A stretch of 38,972 nucleotides of DNA from Neolecta irregularis DAH-3 (Eukaryota), in NCBI GenBank assembly GCA_001929475.1, contig LXFE01000168.1:1-38972 (forward strand), read 5' to 3'. Positions 1 to 12,900 of the stretch are shown here, piece after piece. Within the stretch, counting starts at the first letter, position 1, and each line of letters starts with the position of its first letter. The notes beneath the pieces are model-generated. The model saw nothing but the letters and a program-made list of their open reading frames with translations. It was not told the origin of the DNA and made no database searches. Position numbers and translations under genes: made by a program.

Positions 1-304
1 CAAGCAGATAGGATAAGGAATCGCGAATTAGATAGGTGATAGTAAATATCGTGGAGGAAGAGGGGAGGGAGCTTGAGTGAGGTGTCCCGATAGTGACGTG
101 TTAGGCGAAAATCCAGAGTTTAGTATTTCTTTACGACAAGCTGCCGGAGGGCGGGGGCGGGTCGGTGGACACACTTGGCCTTCAAAACCAGTAATTTCCC
201 GATCGACAGAAGGATCAGAAATCAAGGATTAAATTAATACAGGTACTTTAAAATCGGCACATGCAAGAGAATTGCAAAAGACTGACTAGTGAACCCCTTT
301 ACTA

Positions 305-1180
305 TCAAGGCAGAATAGCCATAACAGCAACAAGGCCCATGATCCCGGCCAATACTTCAGCTCTACCATTCTTTGTTGAAGAATTAGATATGCCAGTAGT
401 GGCATTCTTTTTTAAACTGGTTCCGGTTTGTGAAGTGGAAAGCGGTCCCGTGTTTGTGCCAGTTGATTTATTGAACGATGAATCGATGGGCTCTCCAGAG
501 AGAGAGACGGTACTAGATGGCGACATAATCTTTCCATTGGCAAGAGAGCTGTCCGAATTCATAGACGACGAAGGCAAGCTGATGGGGAGGCTCGAGCTAG
601 GAAGGGTAGAACTCGCCTGGCCTGAAGATGCGGTTGTGGTACCGCTAGAAACACTTTCTGTAGTTGCAGCAAACACATTCATAGCAACACCGGTACAACC
701 CGGGGGCACTTTTTCTTTTCCATCTATAGCGTAAAGGAGATATGCAGCGTTCCCCCCATTCAGGCAAGCCAGAAAGCTGTAAGTAGAACCGCCCGACGAT
801 AGGTCCAATCTCGGAAAATTAAATGAGAACACACCAACGATATTCGTTTTCTCAGGTGTACTTGAAATCGAACAACGGCCAGTAACAGGATCTACCGACA
901 CAATACGTTTGTCTGGATCGACGAGGGAGCCAGAGTCGTCCAGAGTAAGCTTAAGCCGGTCGGGCGGGTTCTTGGAGAGAATGAGATCGTTTCCAGAAGA
1001 AGACAATGACGACTGATGAACGTTGATATCGCCCGATTTCATAGCCGCAAAAGCTGGTTATCAGGACGTGAACGATGTTTAAGATGTACTAAACCATTTT
1101 GGGCTCGAGGCACCACTGTTACTACTTTCGGCAGATACGAGAGTCGCAAGGGCGAGAGCAAAGACAAAGGGAGAAACCAT
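305..1180 (-). CDS. Secreted, probably GPI-anchored cell wall protein (Cwp1/PhiA-like N-terminal domain plus Ser/Thr-rich stalk), 1 intron
   Basis: ATG at 1180 gives signal peptide MVSPFVFALALATLVSA. An intron ending ...CTGATAACCAG joins it to ORF 305..1042 (donor uncertain). The domain has FLAC...C, followed by an S/T-rich tail and a hydrophobic C-terminus (VLAGIMGLVAVMAILP). TATAAAA lies upstream at about 1225-1231. Confidence 0.7.
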
Positions 1181-1633
1181 TGAGAACGAGTAGATAATTA
1201 ACAAACGAGGGGTTGCAGGTGGCTTTATAAACACATCACCGTTGTTTTGGCTCGATTGTATTGGTGGATCACCGAATGTTTTCTCTACGGCTTTAGCAAG
1301 AGCACTAAAACCTTATCAAGGGGTTGAGAGTGACGCACAGGTTGCTTTTGTTTCCCTTTGATGCTGTCTAGAAAATGAAAACGGGGGCGGGTTATATTCA
1401 TCTATCTGACAGGGCAGAAAAAGTACGTAGCAATCCACAGACCAGGCTTTCCTCCGCGTCGCCGAGAAAAAATAAGAAATAAAGGGAAGCAGGAGAATTT
1501 TCAAACCCCTGAAAGCTACCTAGCGGCTCCCCAGGCTTCCGAATACTCCCGATGATCGAGGATACTCCAAGGTAAACGACTGGTATAGGATGAGGCTCTC
1601 CCCTCGTTCCGATTTGTTGATGAGCTCAGGGAC

Positions 1634-1840
1634 TGTAAGGGGCGTAGATTGTAAGCTTAACGCCAGAAGTTACAAATAAGACCAGGATATATTTCTAGTC
1701 TAAGTGTTGTTACTCCGTACAGGACATACTTAGCCTAAGTGTTGTAACTCAGGCTAGGTATAACTATATACTCCGCTTCTTATTCCACCAACGCCTGATT
1801 CCTGTATTGGTAATGTATACCGATTGGGTATATCCTTACA
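1634..1840 (+). mobile_element. Solo-LTR-like repeat, copy 1
   Basis: Begins TGTAAGG and ends CCTTACA (inverted termini). Clearly similar to the reverse complement of 19960-20146 (shared AAATAAGACCAGG, CTAAGTGTT, GTATTGGTAA, CTTACA). Contains an internal short duplication of CTAAGTGTTGT. Confidence 0.65.
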
Positions 1841-2800
1841 TGGATCCAGATGAAAGATGAAAGATGAAAGATAAGTAATGATTGGAATAGTAATATCTGG
1901 GTGGAGTTAACGATGCGAGTCGATATGTTGGTGACCGTAGTGCGTGGGAAGTTGCCAAGCGTACAAGTACAAAGGGCCATGTGCGGCGGCGCCTAGAGAA
2001 CCGCAGACTCTGAAACATTTTCGCTATAGTGAATCGAGTTTTATATAGTTAGAGTAAGTATATTTTTGAACATGTCGTAGGCAGGGTGTAATTGTACAGT
2101 ATTCGAGAGTTCTGATATGATTTGGATAAACCGAAATTCATGATTCTTAGATTCTTTGTTTGGATAAATAGAACATTACCCGCCTAGCCTTACAGGCAAC
2201 TTATAGGAAAACAGGAACAGCGACATGACTAGACACAGACCAAAAAAAGTAAAACTTCAAATATCCTCCAAAATATCGCATGTATCATTGGCTGTCTGTA
2301 GCTGATTGGGCGTCAAACAATATATCTTGTGTCGCCCAATTCCGAATAACTACCTTGACCAGGAGCCCTACCCTACATGCTTCTTTCTTCTTACTATTAC
2401 CTATCTCCGCGACTCTTTTCGTCTCGTCACATTACTGTTATGTCATGCGCAAAAGTTAGGTGAACAAAGTCATTTTTTATACATACTGCAAATATGCCGA
2501 CCGCTGAGTGGTAAGAGTTTCTTCTTGCCAATAGAGATCAGAAGCTGTCTGACTGAAGGGAGTAAAATGTAGGAGGTTCAAAAATATCATCGAAACTTTC
2601 GTGGTTTCATTAATACAAATGTATGCATTTCATATGGATACTGTTGCTCGCGGGTGACTTTTGTACTATACAGTATCATGACTGACACAAGGATGGTGGT
2701 TACCCTTGACTCATTGAATTTGCGTAGCCTTCTGCACATTCCGACTCCACCTCAACAGCTGATCGCACGGTATCCGTAGTTAACTGTATACTTCATTTCA

Positions 2801-4949
<2,149 letters not shown>

Positions 4950-5318
4950 TTGAATGACATCTCTTGTTTGTTTTGAAGATCGATAATCTGACAAAAGGCT
5001 ATATTCCGTTTGGCAGTTTTTATGGTTGAAGATACGGTATGTGTTTCTTCCTCCTTTTCTCTTCATGCCTTCGACAATCCCTAATACCAAACCGGGTATC
5101 TGAAATCTTGGTTTATAGGATTGACTAGTCATACTTGTTCGTATTATTATTGTTATGGTAATCCGATAGATGAGTCTGTTTGTTCTCTTTGTATCATTCA
5201 CTCAAATCAGAGCTACAGATAGAGAGAAACAGAAAGAAACATGGACGAGCTTATCTTGTCCGTGGGAAATGTTTACGAACTATCTCTATTCATGTTATTT
5301 CAAACTCCGCCAAAAGAG

Positions 5319-5326
5319 CAGTCACG
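5319..5326 (+). promoter_or_regulatory. Homol-D-like box (CAGTCACG) upstream of a ribosomal protein gene
   Basis: CAGTCACG about 60 bp upstream of the RPS18 ATG; matches the fission-yeast ribosomal-protein promoter Homol-D consensus CAGTCAC(A/G). Confidence 0.55.
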
Positions 5327-5387
5327 ACTATTGAGCGCACTTTTCACGTCTCACCTGCAACAACTCCCCCAATAGATTCATCCAAGC

Positions 5388-5969
5388 ATGGTACCCATTC
5401 TTTTTGCGTAAAAGGATCTTATAGGAAGGCTCTTGTAATCCCCGAGAAGAGTTCGTTCCAGCATATCTTGCGATTACTCAACACCAATGTTGACGGAAAG
5501 CAAAAAGTTATGTACGCACTTACTCAAATCAAAGGAGTCGGTCGACGATACTCCAACGTCATCTGCAAAAAAGCAGACGTGGATTTGAACAAGCGGTGCG
5601 GAATAACTCGTGTTGCAGCAACAATCTGATATTCAGAGCAGGAGAACTCACGGTGGAAGAACTAGAACGAATCGTCACCATCATGCAAAATCCTCTGCAG
5701 TACAAAATCCCTAAATGGATGCTCAATCGACAACGGGATATTATTGATGGTAAGAACAGCCAGATTCTCGCCAATGCTATCGATGGGAAATTCCGAGAAG
5801 ATCTTGAGCGACTCAAAAAGATTCGAAATCATCGTGGATTAAGACATTTCTGGGGACTACGGGTTCGTGGTCAGCATACAAAGACGACCGGCCGCCGTGG
5901 ACGGTATGTGTTCATATGGGTTGTGGATCCTTACTTTGCAGGACTGTCGGTGTCTCGAAGAAGAAGTAG
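5388..5969 (+). CDS. RPS18: 40S ribosomal protein S18 (uS13), 3 introns
   Basis: ATG|intron|[23 protein letters not shown]...KGVGRRYSN...[32 protein letters not shown]. Confidence 0.97.
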
Positions 5970-6094
5970 TAGATCTGGAGAAGTGGGATGTGTGTATACC
6001 GATATGCAGCTATCAAAAGAATTCCTGCTTTCGAATTGTGTCTGTATCTGTGGATATCTATTCTATGATCTGTTTATCGGCACCAACTCGTGGC

Positions 6095-6424
6095 CAGTTT
6101 GGCCAACCACCCGCCGGCGTTGGGCCACCCGGTGGATTAGTAATCCACCCACCGGAAAAGTGTGGCTATTACCCGACGGGTGCCATCCGGTGCGGCACAG
6201 GTGGCTTAGTTATCCACCCACCAGAGATATATTGTTGACAGTGCGTTCTTATATATCTTCATATCGGTCTACAAAACGGGGTTTATCAACGAAGTTTTAT
6301 TAGAATAGCTGAATATGCGACAAATATTTGAAATATGAATAACAACTCATTATTGGTGGTGCGAGTAATAGTTAGATAGCAACCGTTCGGTAACTAACCC
6401 ACGGGTTGGGTGTTGACCACACTG
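6095..6424. mobile_element. Non-autonomous hAT-type DNA transposon (MITE), 330 bp
   Basis: Perfect 8-bp TSD CTCGTGGC at 6087-6094 and 6425-6432. TIRs CAGTTTGGCCAAC / GTTGACCACACTG match at 11/13. Subterminal palindrome GGTGGATTA-G-TAATCCACC at 6131-6149 with a degenerate second copy at about 6200. Confidence 0.85.
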
Positions 6425-6487
6425 CTCGTGGCCCAGTTCTTTATTTTTGACTAACCACCCTTACCCATACCCACACTTTTGCCTGTA

Positions 6488-7612
6488 ATGACTGTTCGTC
6501 TTTCTCGCTATACTATGTTCATTCGCTCCTGCTCCTCGGCAGTCATGTCTTCATCACCTGTCATTGTCACTAAAACCGCTTCCAATCCGTTCAATCTTGT
6601 TCATGCAGATCTCAGGCATCTCGAGTCCACAATATCTCTCCTTTTGCAGAGCACCGTCCCTAAACTCTCCCAAATCTCAAATTACTACATTAACAACTCA
6701 GGAAAGAGGATCCGGCCCACGATTTTGCTCCTTCTTTCAAAAGCAACCTCGAAATCCCACTTGGTCAGTCCCTCACAGAGAAAACTCGGAGAGATCACGG
6801 AGATGATTCATGCAGCTAGTCTTCTGCATGACGATGTAATCGACAATTCTTCTACTCGTCGCAACATACCCTCCACACCGACAGCTTTCGGAAACAAGAT
6901 GTCTATTCTCGCAGGAGATTATTTATTAGCCCAAGCTTGCATCTTGCTAGCAAGTCTCAACAATACCGATGTTGTAAAAATAATGAGTACTGTAATCGCA
7001 AACCTCGTCGAAGGGGAAATCTTACAGCTTTCAAGCCGCACTACGGATTTCTCGATATACTTGGAGAAAACATATTTAAAAACAGCAAGTTTGATCAGTC
7101 TTGCTTCCAAAGCTGCCATGATCGTTGATTCACGTAGCGAGGAGGTTATACATGCTGCAGAGGAGTTTGGAAAAAATTTGGGCATTGCATTCCAGGTTTG
7201 TTATCTTTATTTCCGAGGCATGGGGTATAATCTTGAATAGCTGATTGACGATATGCTCGACTTTTCAAATTTTGATCTGGGAAAACCATCCAATGCAGAT
7301 CTCAAACTCGGTCTTGCAACGGCACCGGCGTTGTTCGCATACGAGGAATTTCCCGAACTCGGGCCTCTGATATCACGAGGCTTCGGAGAGCCCGGTGATG
7401 TTGAGCTGGTATCTCATTCGTTCTTTCTTCGCAGCCTCATACAATTCAGGCTACTAATCTCGTCCTTACCTCCCAGGGAATATCTAAAACTAAAGAACTA
7501 GCCAGAAAGTATATTGATAGGGCTAAGATCGCCATCAGTTCTTTCGAAGGTAGTCCTGCAAAGGACGGACTTGATGAAATATGTGAATTGGTTTTGAATA
7601 GAGAAAAATAGA
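6488..7612 (+). CDS. COQ1: Mitochondrial trans-polyprenyl diphosphate synthase (coenzyme Q side chain), 2 introns
   Basis: GKRIRP, EMIHAASLLHDDVID (first Asp-rich motif), GNKMSILAGDYLL, YLKTASL, GIAFQ|LIDDMLDF and GKPSNADLKLGLATAP. Ser/Arg-rich presequence-like N-terminus; start could be 6488 or the next ATG. Confidence 0.92.
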
Positions 7613-7835
7613 TGGATCGTCTGAGTGGCTGCTTTTGTGGGTATTATGACCTGAAGTTGATCTGCGGAAATATCGAGACGAATTTTCCGTAGCTTCGATA
7701 CCGAATCTCTTGAAAGCCAATATAAAGTCTCCAACTTTCTACATATAGGAGAGATGAAATAAGTCGTCCTCCTTCATTATTCAAAAGTCAGTTCAAGCGC
7801 AGTATTGTCAAGTCTTAATGTTTCTTTGATGAAAT

Positions 7836-7937
7836 GCACACCATTGAGTTACTCCAACTGCTCCGTCCATGTAATTCATCCCCTTTTCAGAAAGCCCATG
7901 GGCGTGCAGGGAAATATCTTCGTCCTCGAGACTATCG
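7836..7937 (-). pseudogene. Relic exon of a multicopper oxidase (FET3 paralog fragment)
   Basis: Minus strand reads DSLEDEDISLHAHGLSEKGMNYMDGAVGVTQ then TG|GTGTGC. This is 21/31 identical to FET3 [31 protein letters not shown] (about 9740-9839), with a donor at the same position. No flanking exons recognised. Confidence 0.8.
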
Positions 7938-8166
7938 ACTGGTTTTGATGAAGAAAATATTCCTAAGCAACCCGGCTTGGTCTAGATCAAGCGGTAAAGT
8001 TTCATGATTCGGCAAGCTGCAAGTAATTCGCCATCGTTACCCGAACTACCGGCTTAGAATCATGCTAGTATATGCTTAAGAGTGTCCTATGACGAGGAGA
8101 AGCGATGAGGTTGCGAACAACAGCTATAAGCATTCTATCTACTATTTGAGTAAAAGATTCACCTTT

Positions 8167-10059
8167 TTATGACGTTTGTATATTTTTCTTCCCTGTTATT
8201 CCATAAGTGATAACAGCACTCAACCCCAACACTGCAGAAAGAATACATCCGGCCATGGCCCCGTAGCCCTTTGCAGTAAATCCACTGGGTAGCTCCCCAA
8301 TATCTCTGTTCGCGCCAGTAAGGTCGTCCCAGTTGACTATATTGGCTGCTGCATTTCCGGATGTTGGGATCTTTTGTTGTGCGCAGACAGCGTAATGAGA
8401 ATCCGGTATTGTTTGCGTTGATTGGATCAGATCTGGAGCTTCAATGAAGGTCGCCACCAATCCAGAAACCATATGCCATTCAATCTATCTTTAGCGCCAT
8501 CAATAGTACGGGGGTGCATACGTGGCAATGGAAGAGCCATACCCCAGGATTGTCAGCGACAAATCTAAGAACAACATGTCCGTTTGGAGGCACATAGATT
8601 ACATCACGTCGAAGTGGGTTCTTAGGTTCATCAATGGTTTTAATGGGGTCGAATGCACCATACTCTCTGGAGATTACTTGGAATGTGTGGCCGTGTAAGT
8701 GGACTATCTGTTAGTTTTATCAACGTGAAAGATAGCATACATGGATGTTTACCAGGATCGTAGTTGTTCACAACTAGTTGGACGACATTCATGTGATTTA
8801 GAAGGATTTGATTTGTATTCGGTCCATATATTATGGGATCTGTACTCTGATCTCCACTTGACATAACGGAATATAACGTGGGAACTTTTGGAGGGACGTA
8901 GGTGATATTATTGAAAAAAGCGTAATTTTCTCCATCTTTGAGAACGTCCATCTTCACGTCAAGCTGATGTTGTGTATCGTACTTATATGGCGGAATTGGT
9001 TGGAGTGGGGAGAGGGTTGTGTCATCCCAGCTCGGAAAGGATGAAATATATGAAGCTTTTGGGAGAGGCCAGTCAGTACCGTAGACTATATGCGCGGTTG
9101 CGTCTATACGTTAGTCTATAAAAGAGGTAAAAACAATACTTGGATTTAGACCAGAGGGAACAGTATCAAACATTGTCGTATCCATACTTCCTACCATCGC
9201 ATAATTAGAAGTGGTGTCGTCCTTTGCAGTGACAAGCACACTGTATCGCTGAGCTGCAGTAATATAAAGGGCTGTTGTATTTCTAGGCTCGGTGTGCACA
9301 CCATCGACTTCGATAACACTCATTTCATGGTCTTCTAGCCAGAAATTGAAAGCTGCAAAAGCCGACATATTCACAATTCGGAGACGATAGGTTTTCCCTT
9401 TCAGGAACGAAAATGTTGCGCCTGATTGATCGTTTATCAATGCTGATTTGGGAACCGGTTCTGCCCCAGTTGGGTTTGCGATATTCATAAACACGGGGAT
9501 CAGAGTTTTCATCCTGTCGTGGTACCAATCGGACAGCGTGACAACATATTCCTCGTCGTATGTATAGGGTTCCTCTGTGTCGTGAATGATGAACGGCGAG
9601 CGTAGCCCATCTGGGTACTGACCGTGGACATGTGAATGTATCCAAAAAGTTCCAGCTTGGTTGACAATGGTGTAGTTGTAGAGAATGCTTGATCCTGGAG
9701 GGATCCCACTTGGTGTAAGCATTGGTATTTTGAGATAGATGCACCATTGGGTTACTCCAGCCGCTCCATCCATGGAATTTGTACCGTTGAAAAAAAGCCC
9801 GTGGGCGTGCAGGGAAAGATTCTCATCGCCAAGCGAATTTGTAGCATTGATGACGACTCGGTCTCCCTTAGTAACGTTTACAGTCGGGGGGCTGGATGTC
9901 AAAAGTGGGTGCAATAAAGGAAAGATACGGCCAGTAGCCATTCACGCCAATGACTTTTCTTGTATACCCATCCGGAGAAGCGTCAACCCACGAGACGTTC
10001 CAATCCAAGTTGACAGTCGCTGCAGCTGCCAGAGACACAGAAAATAGCAGCAGGCGCAT
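8167..10059 (-). CDS. FET3: Membrane-anchored multicopper ferroxidase, multi-exon
   Basis: Signal peptide [13 protein letters not shown]. Copper motifs LHAHG, WIHSH, HPFHLHGH and [12 protein letters not shown] (Leu in the axial position). NPTGAEPVP and RRDV iron-site residues; C-terminal TM helix. Confidence 0.95.
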
Positions 10060-10336
10060 TAATCGGGATGGAGAAGTGAAAAAAGATGCTGCGATATAAA
10101 AGGCAGCCTGGATCAGAGCTTGTGTCACGTGGTACCATTCGAACAAACCGTTATCAGATTTGCCCGGATAGGCAAGTGGGCGCTAACCACTCGCTACTTC
10201 CTGCGCCAGCCAATCAGCGCTCTTTTAAGGTTCCACAAGCGAAGTTTTATCAGATCAAAATCAGCACATCCACCGCTACGGCCGCCGCCACCTGTATAGA
10301 TCAGCCAAACCCCATTTTCCGTCCTGCAATTCAACC
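10060..10336. promoter_or_regulatory. Bidirectional FET3/FTR1 promoter with two iron-responsive GATA boxes
   Basis: TTATCAGAT (reverse complement ATCTGATAA, the SreA/Fep1-type ATCWGATAA site) at 10151-10159 and 10247-10255. CCAAT at about 10210, CACGTG at about 10126, TATAAAA at about 10095. Confidence 0.75.
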
Positions 10337-11442
10337 ATGAATCTCTTCTCCGTCCCCATTTTTTTCATCATCTTTCGTGAATCGCTCGAAGCTGCAATCA
10401 TCGTATCAGTCCTGCTTGCTTTCATACATCAAAGTCTTTCCGACACTCCCCAGCTTCAGCGCAAATACAAACATCAAGTATGATTAATTCTTGAGCAATT
10501 CCTGATGAGAGATATACTTTGGGAGTGCGCTGGGCATGGCAGTATGCCTTGCCATTGGAGGCGCCTTCATAGCCGTATGGTATACAGTCGCAAAAGATCT
10601 CTGGGGATCAACCGAAGAGATCTGGGAAGGTGTGTTTGCGTTGATTGCCTGTATACTCATCACCGTACTGGCCCTATCACGATGTTTTGTTAACAGCAGG
10701 TCATTGGACTTGGAATGCTCAGAATCCACGATATTCAAGCGAAATGGCATTCCAAACTTGAATCCGAACTGGACAAATCTGCAGGGTCCAAATACGGAAT
10801 GTTCATACTTCCCTTCATTACAGTCCTCAGAGAGGGGTTGGAAGCAGTTGTCTTTGTAGGTGGAGTCTCCTTGTCAGAACCAGCGACTTCATTTCCAATT
10901 GCCGTTGTTGTGGGATTGTTATGCGGTGGACTAGTTGGATATTTGATCTACAAGTACATTCTCTACCTCCTATCGCGCCAAGTAATTTTAGGTCAGGAAA
11001 CTTCATGAAAATAGAATATTTTCTTATCGCTTCTACATGTATCTTGTATCTCATCTCCGCCGGTCTATTCTCTCGATCGATTTGGTATTTTGAACAATAC
11101 AAATGGAACAGGCTCGTTGGTGGAGACGCTGCAGAACTTGGGAGTGGACCCGGGACATACGACATTCGACAAAGTGTCTGGCACGTCAATTGTTGTTCTT
11201 CTGAAAGCAACTCTGGATGGGGAATCTTCAATGCTGTGCTCGGCTGGGTCAATTCTGCTACCTTTGGCAGCGTCACAGGGTACTGTCTGTATTGGCTTAT
11301 GGTTGTCATTTTACTCAGTGTGTCGAGATGGAGGGAAGGGAATTTGGGGAGAAGATCTATGCTACATAATAGGCCCGTCACTGATCCATGCTTGCCAGCT
11401 ACTAGTCTGGAAAAAACTATTACGAGCGAAGGATTAATTTGA
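10337..11442 (+). CDS. FTR1: High-affinity iron permease, 3 introns
   Basis: [27 protein letters not shown] (first RExLE), [29 protein letters not shown] (second RExLE), [19 protein letters not shown] and [11 protein letters not shown]. Confidence 0.95.
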
Positions 11443-11921
11443 ATGGACCTTCGTCATTATGCTTGAGATTGCAGCAGATTGCAAATTAATTGCTTAGAGA
11501 AAGGTGGAAAATGAAAATCAACCTTGGCAAATCCACTACGCATCATAAATTAGTGCCATTTGATCACAGATATTGTTTCTTCCACTCAACATACTATGAA
11601 AATAATTGATACCATTGTCGTGTTACTACGTGATCTGTTTGTTGTATGATGGCATGGAGATACAAGCTAGGAATAGGAGCGGAGGTCATGAGAAACTCCA
11701 ATGTTTTTGTCATAGTTTATTGGAATATGCCTTGTGCTCGAGTTGTTCTACAGTCGGCGAAGGCATGTTTTTGCTCTTTCTTCGAGGTGATGCAATCAAG
11801 AGTATCATACAACATAGCCTGGCAAACATAGAAAATCACATTGTTTCAGGGAAGGCAAGGTTTGGTACTCCCCCGTATCGACATTAGTTGTACTTATGAA
11901 CAGTGAGTCCGTCACATTTAG

Positions 11922-12775
11922 TCATGAAGACCGACCGGTCCTTTTCCGTCCAACAAGAATCCAAGTTGTTCCAAAATGCCAGCGTTTCCGCACCTCCCAT
12001 TCTATATCCTCAATCCCATCAATAACTTTTTCAAGGTCCCGTCCCCACCAACAGCCCCACATCTCCGCATGCTTACCTTCATATTTTTTCAATAAATGAT
12101 TAAGGATTCCCCATGTCCCTAGTCCATGCTCTAACATAATGACCTTTCCTCCTGGTTTTACCAAATCCACTATTCGGCGAGCAACAATCGACGGATCAGA
12201 AACAGAGCATAACCCAAAAGTTTCCACAACAGTATCATATTGTCCAGACAATTGTTCCGTCGACCCGTGAATCAGCCTCGTTTCAATATCTCTTGAATCA
12301 TCTTTTGAAATATTTCGCAACATTTCAATACTTGTATCAGCCATCGTTAAACTAGTCACCTTTTTCGAATCATAATTCTTCAAATTGCGTCCAGTTCCAC
12401 ATGCGACTTCTAATACATTCCCCTGTTCTATCAGGTTCCATTAGACAGTAGCAAACGACAAACCTCTGCCCAGTTCTTGATATACCACCATCGCAATCCT
12501 TTGATTCCGATCCAGAACTCACTAGAGTCGATCTTCTCGTCGTAGTCTTTTGCCAGTTCGTCGTGGATCGTAGGTTTTGGTGAATTGTAAGTTGGTTGGG
12601 GAGAGTAGTAAAGGTACGCGCCTGTTGCACATGATAGATATATAGATGCACCTAGAAGATATAGCGGTAGACGGGGCCGTGTCACTTTAACAGAAATAGG
12701 ATTCTTGGGTTTGTTGACGTGTGAACTGTGAGACGACTGTGACGGGTTTAGAGGTGGCCTCGCTGATCTTGCCAT
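11922..12775 (-). CDS. OMS1: Mitochondrial inner-membrane SAM-dependent methyltransferase (Oms1-like), 1 intron
   Basis: Basic N-terminus, a TM segment and YDEKIDSSEFWIGIKGLR, spliced to GNVLEVACGTGRN (SAM motif I), YDTVVETFGLCS, KPGG..LEHG, WGCWWGRD and RWHFGTT. Confidence 0.85.
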
Positions 12776-12900
12776 TAATCTTGCTAAAAAGTGACAGAAA
12801 TGAGGTATCGCAATATGGTTTCCTTTTATGAAAGGTCCATTGAAATGTTTACAAAAAAAACATGATTCCAAGTCCTAAAGATACATCAACACCTTTACAT

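Noticed and set aside
5867..6303. ORF extensions running past RPS18
   Set aside because: Read-through of the last intron into the 3' region and MITE; the repeated peptide GGLVIHPP reflects the MITE palindromes.
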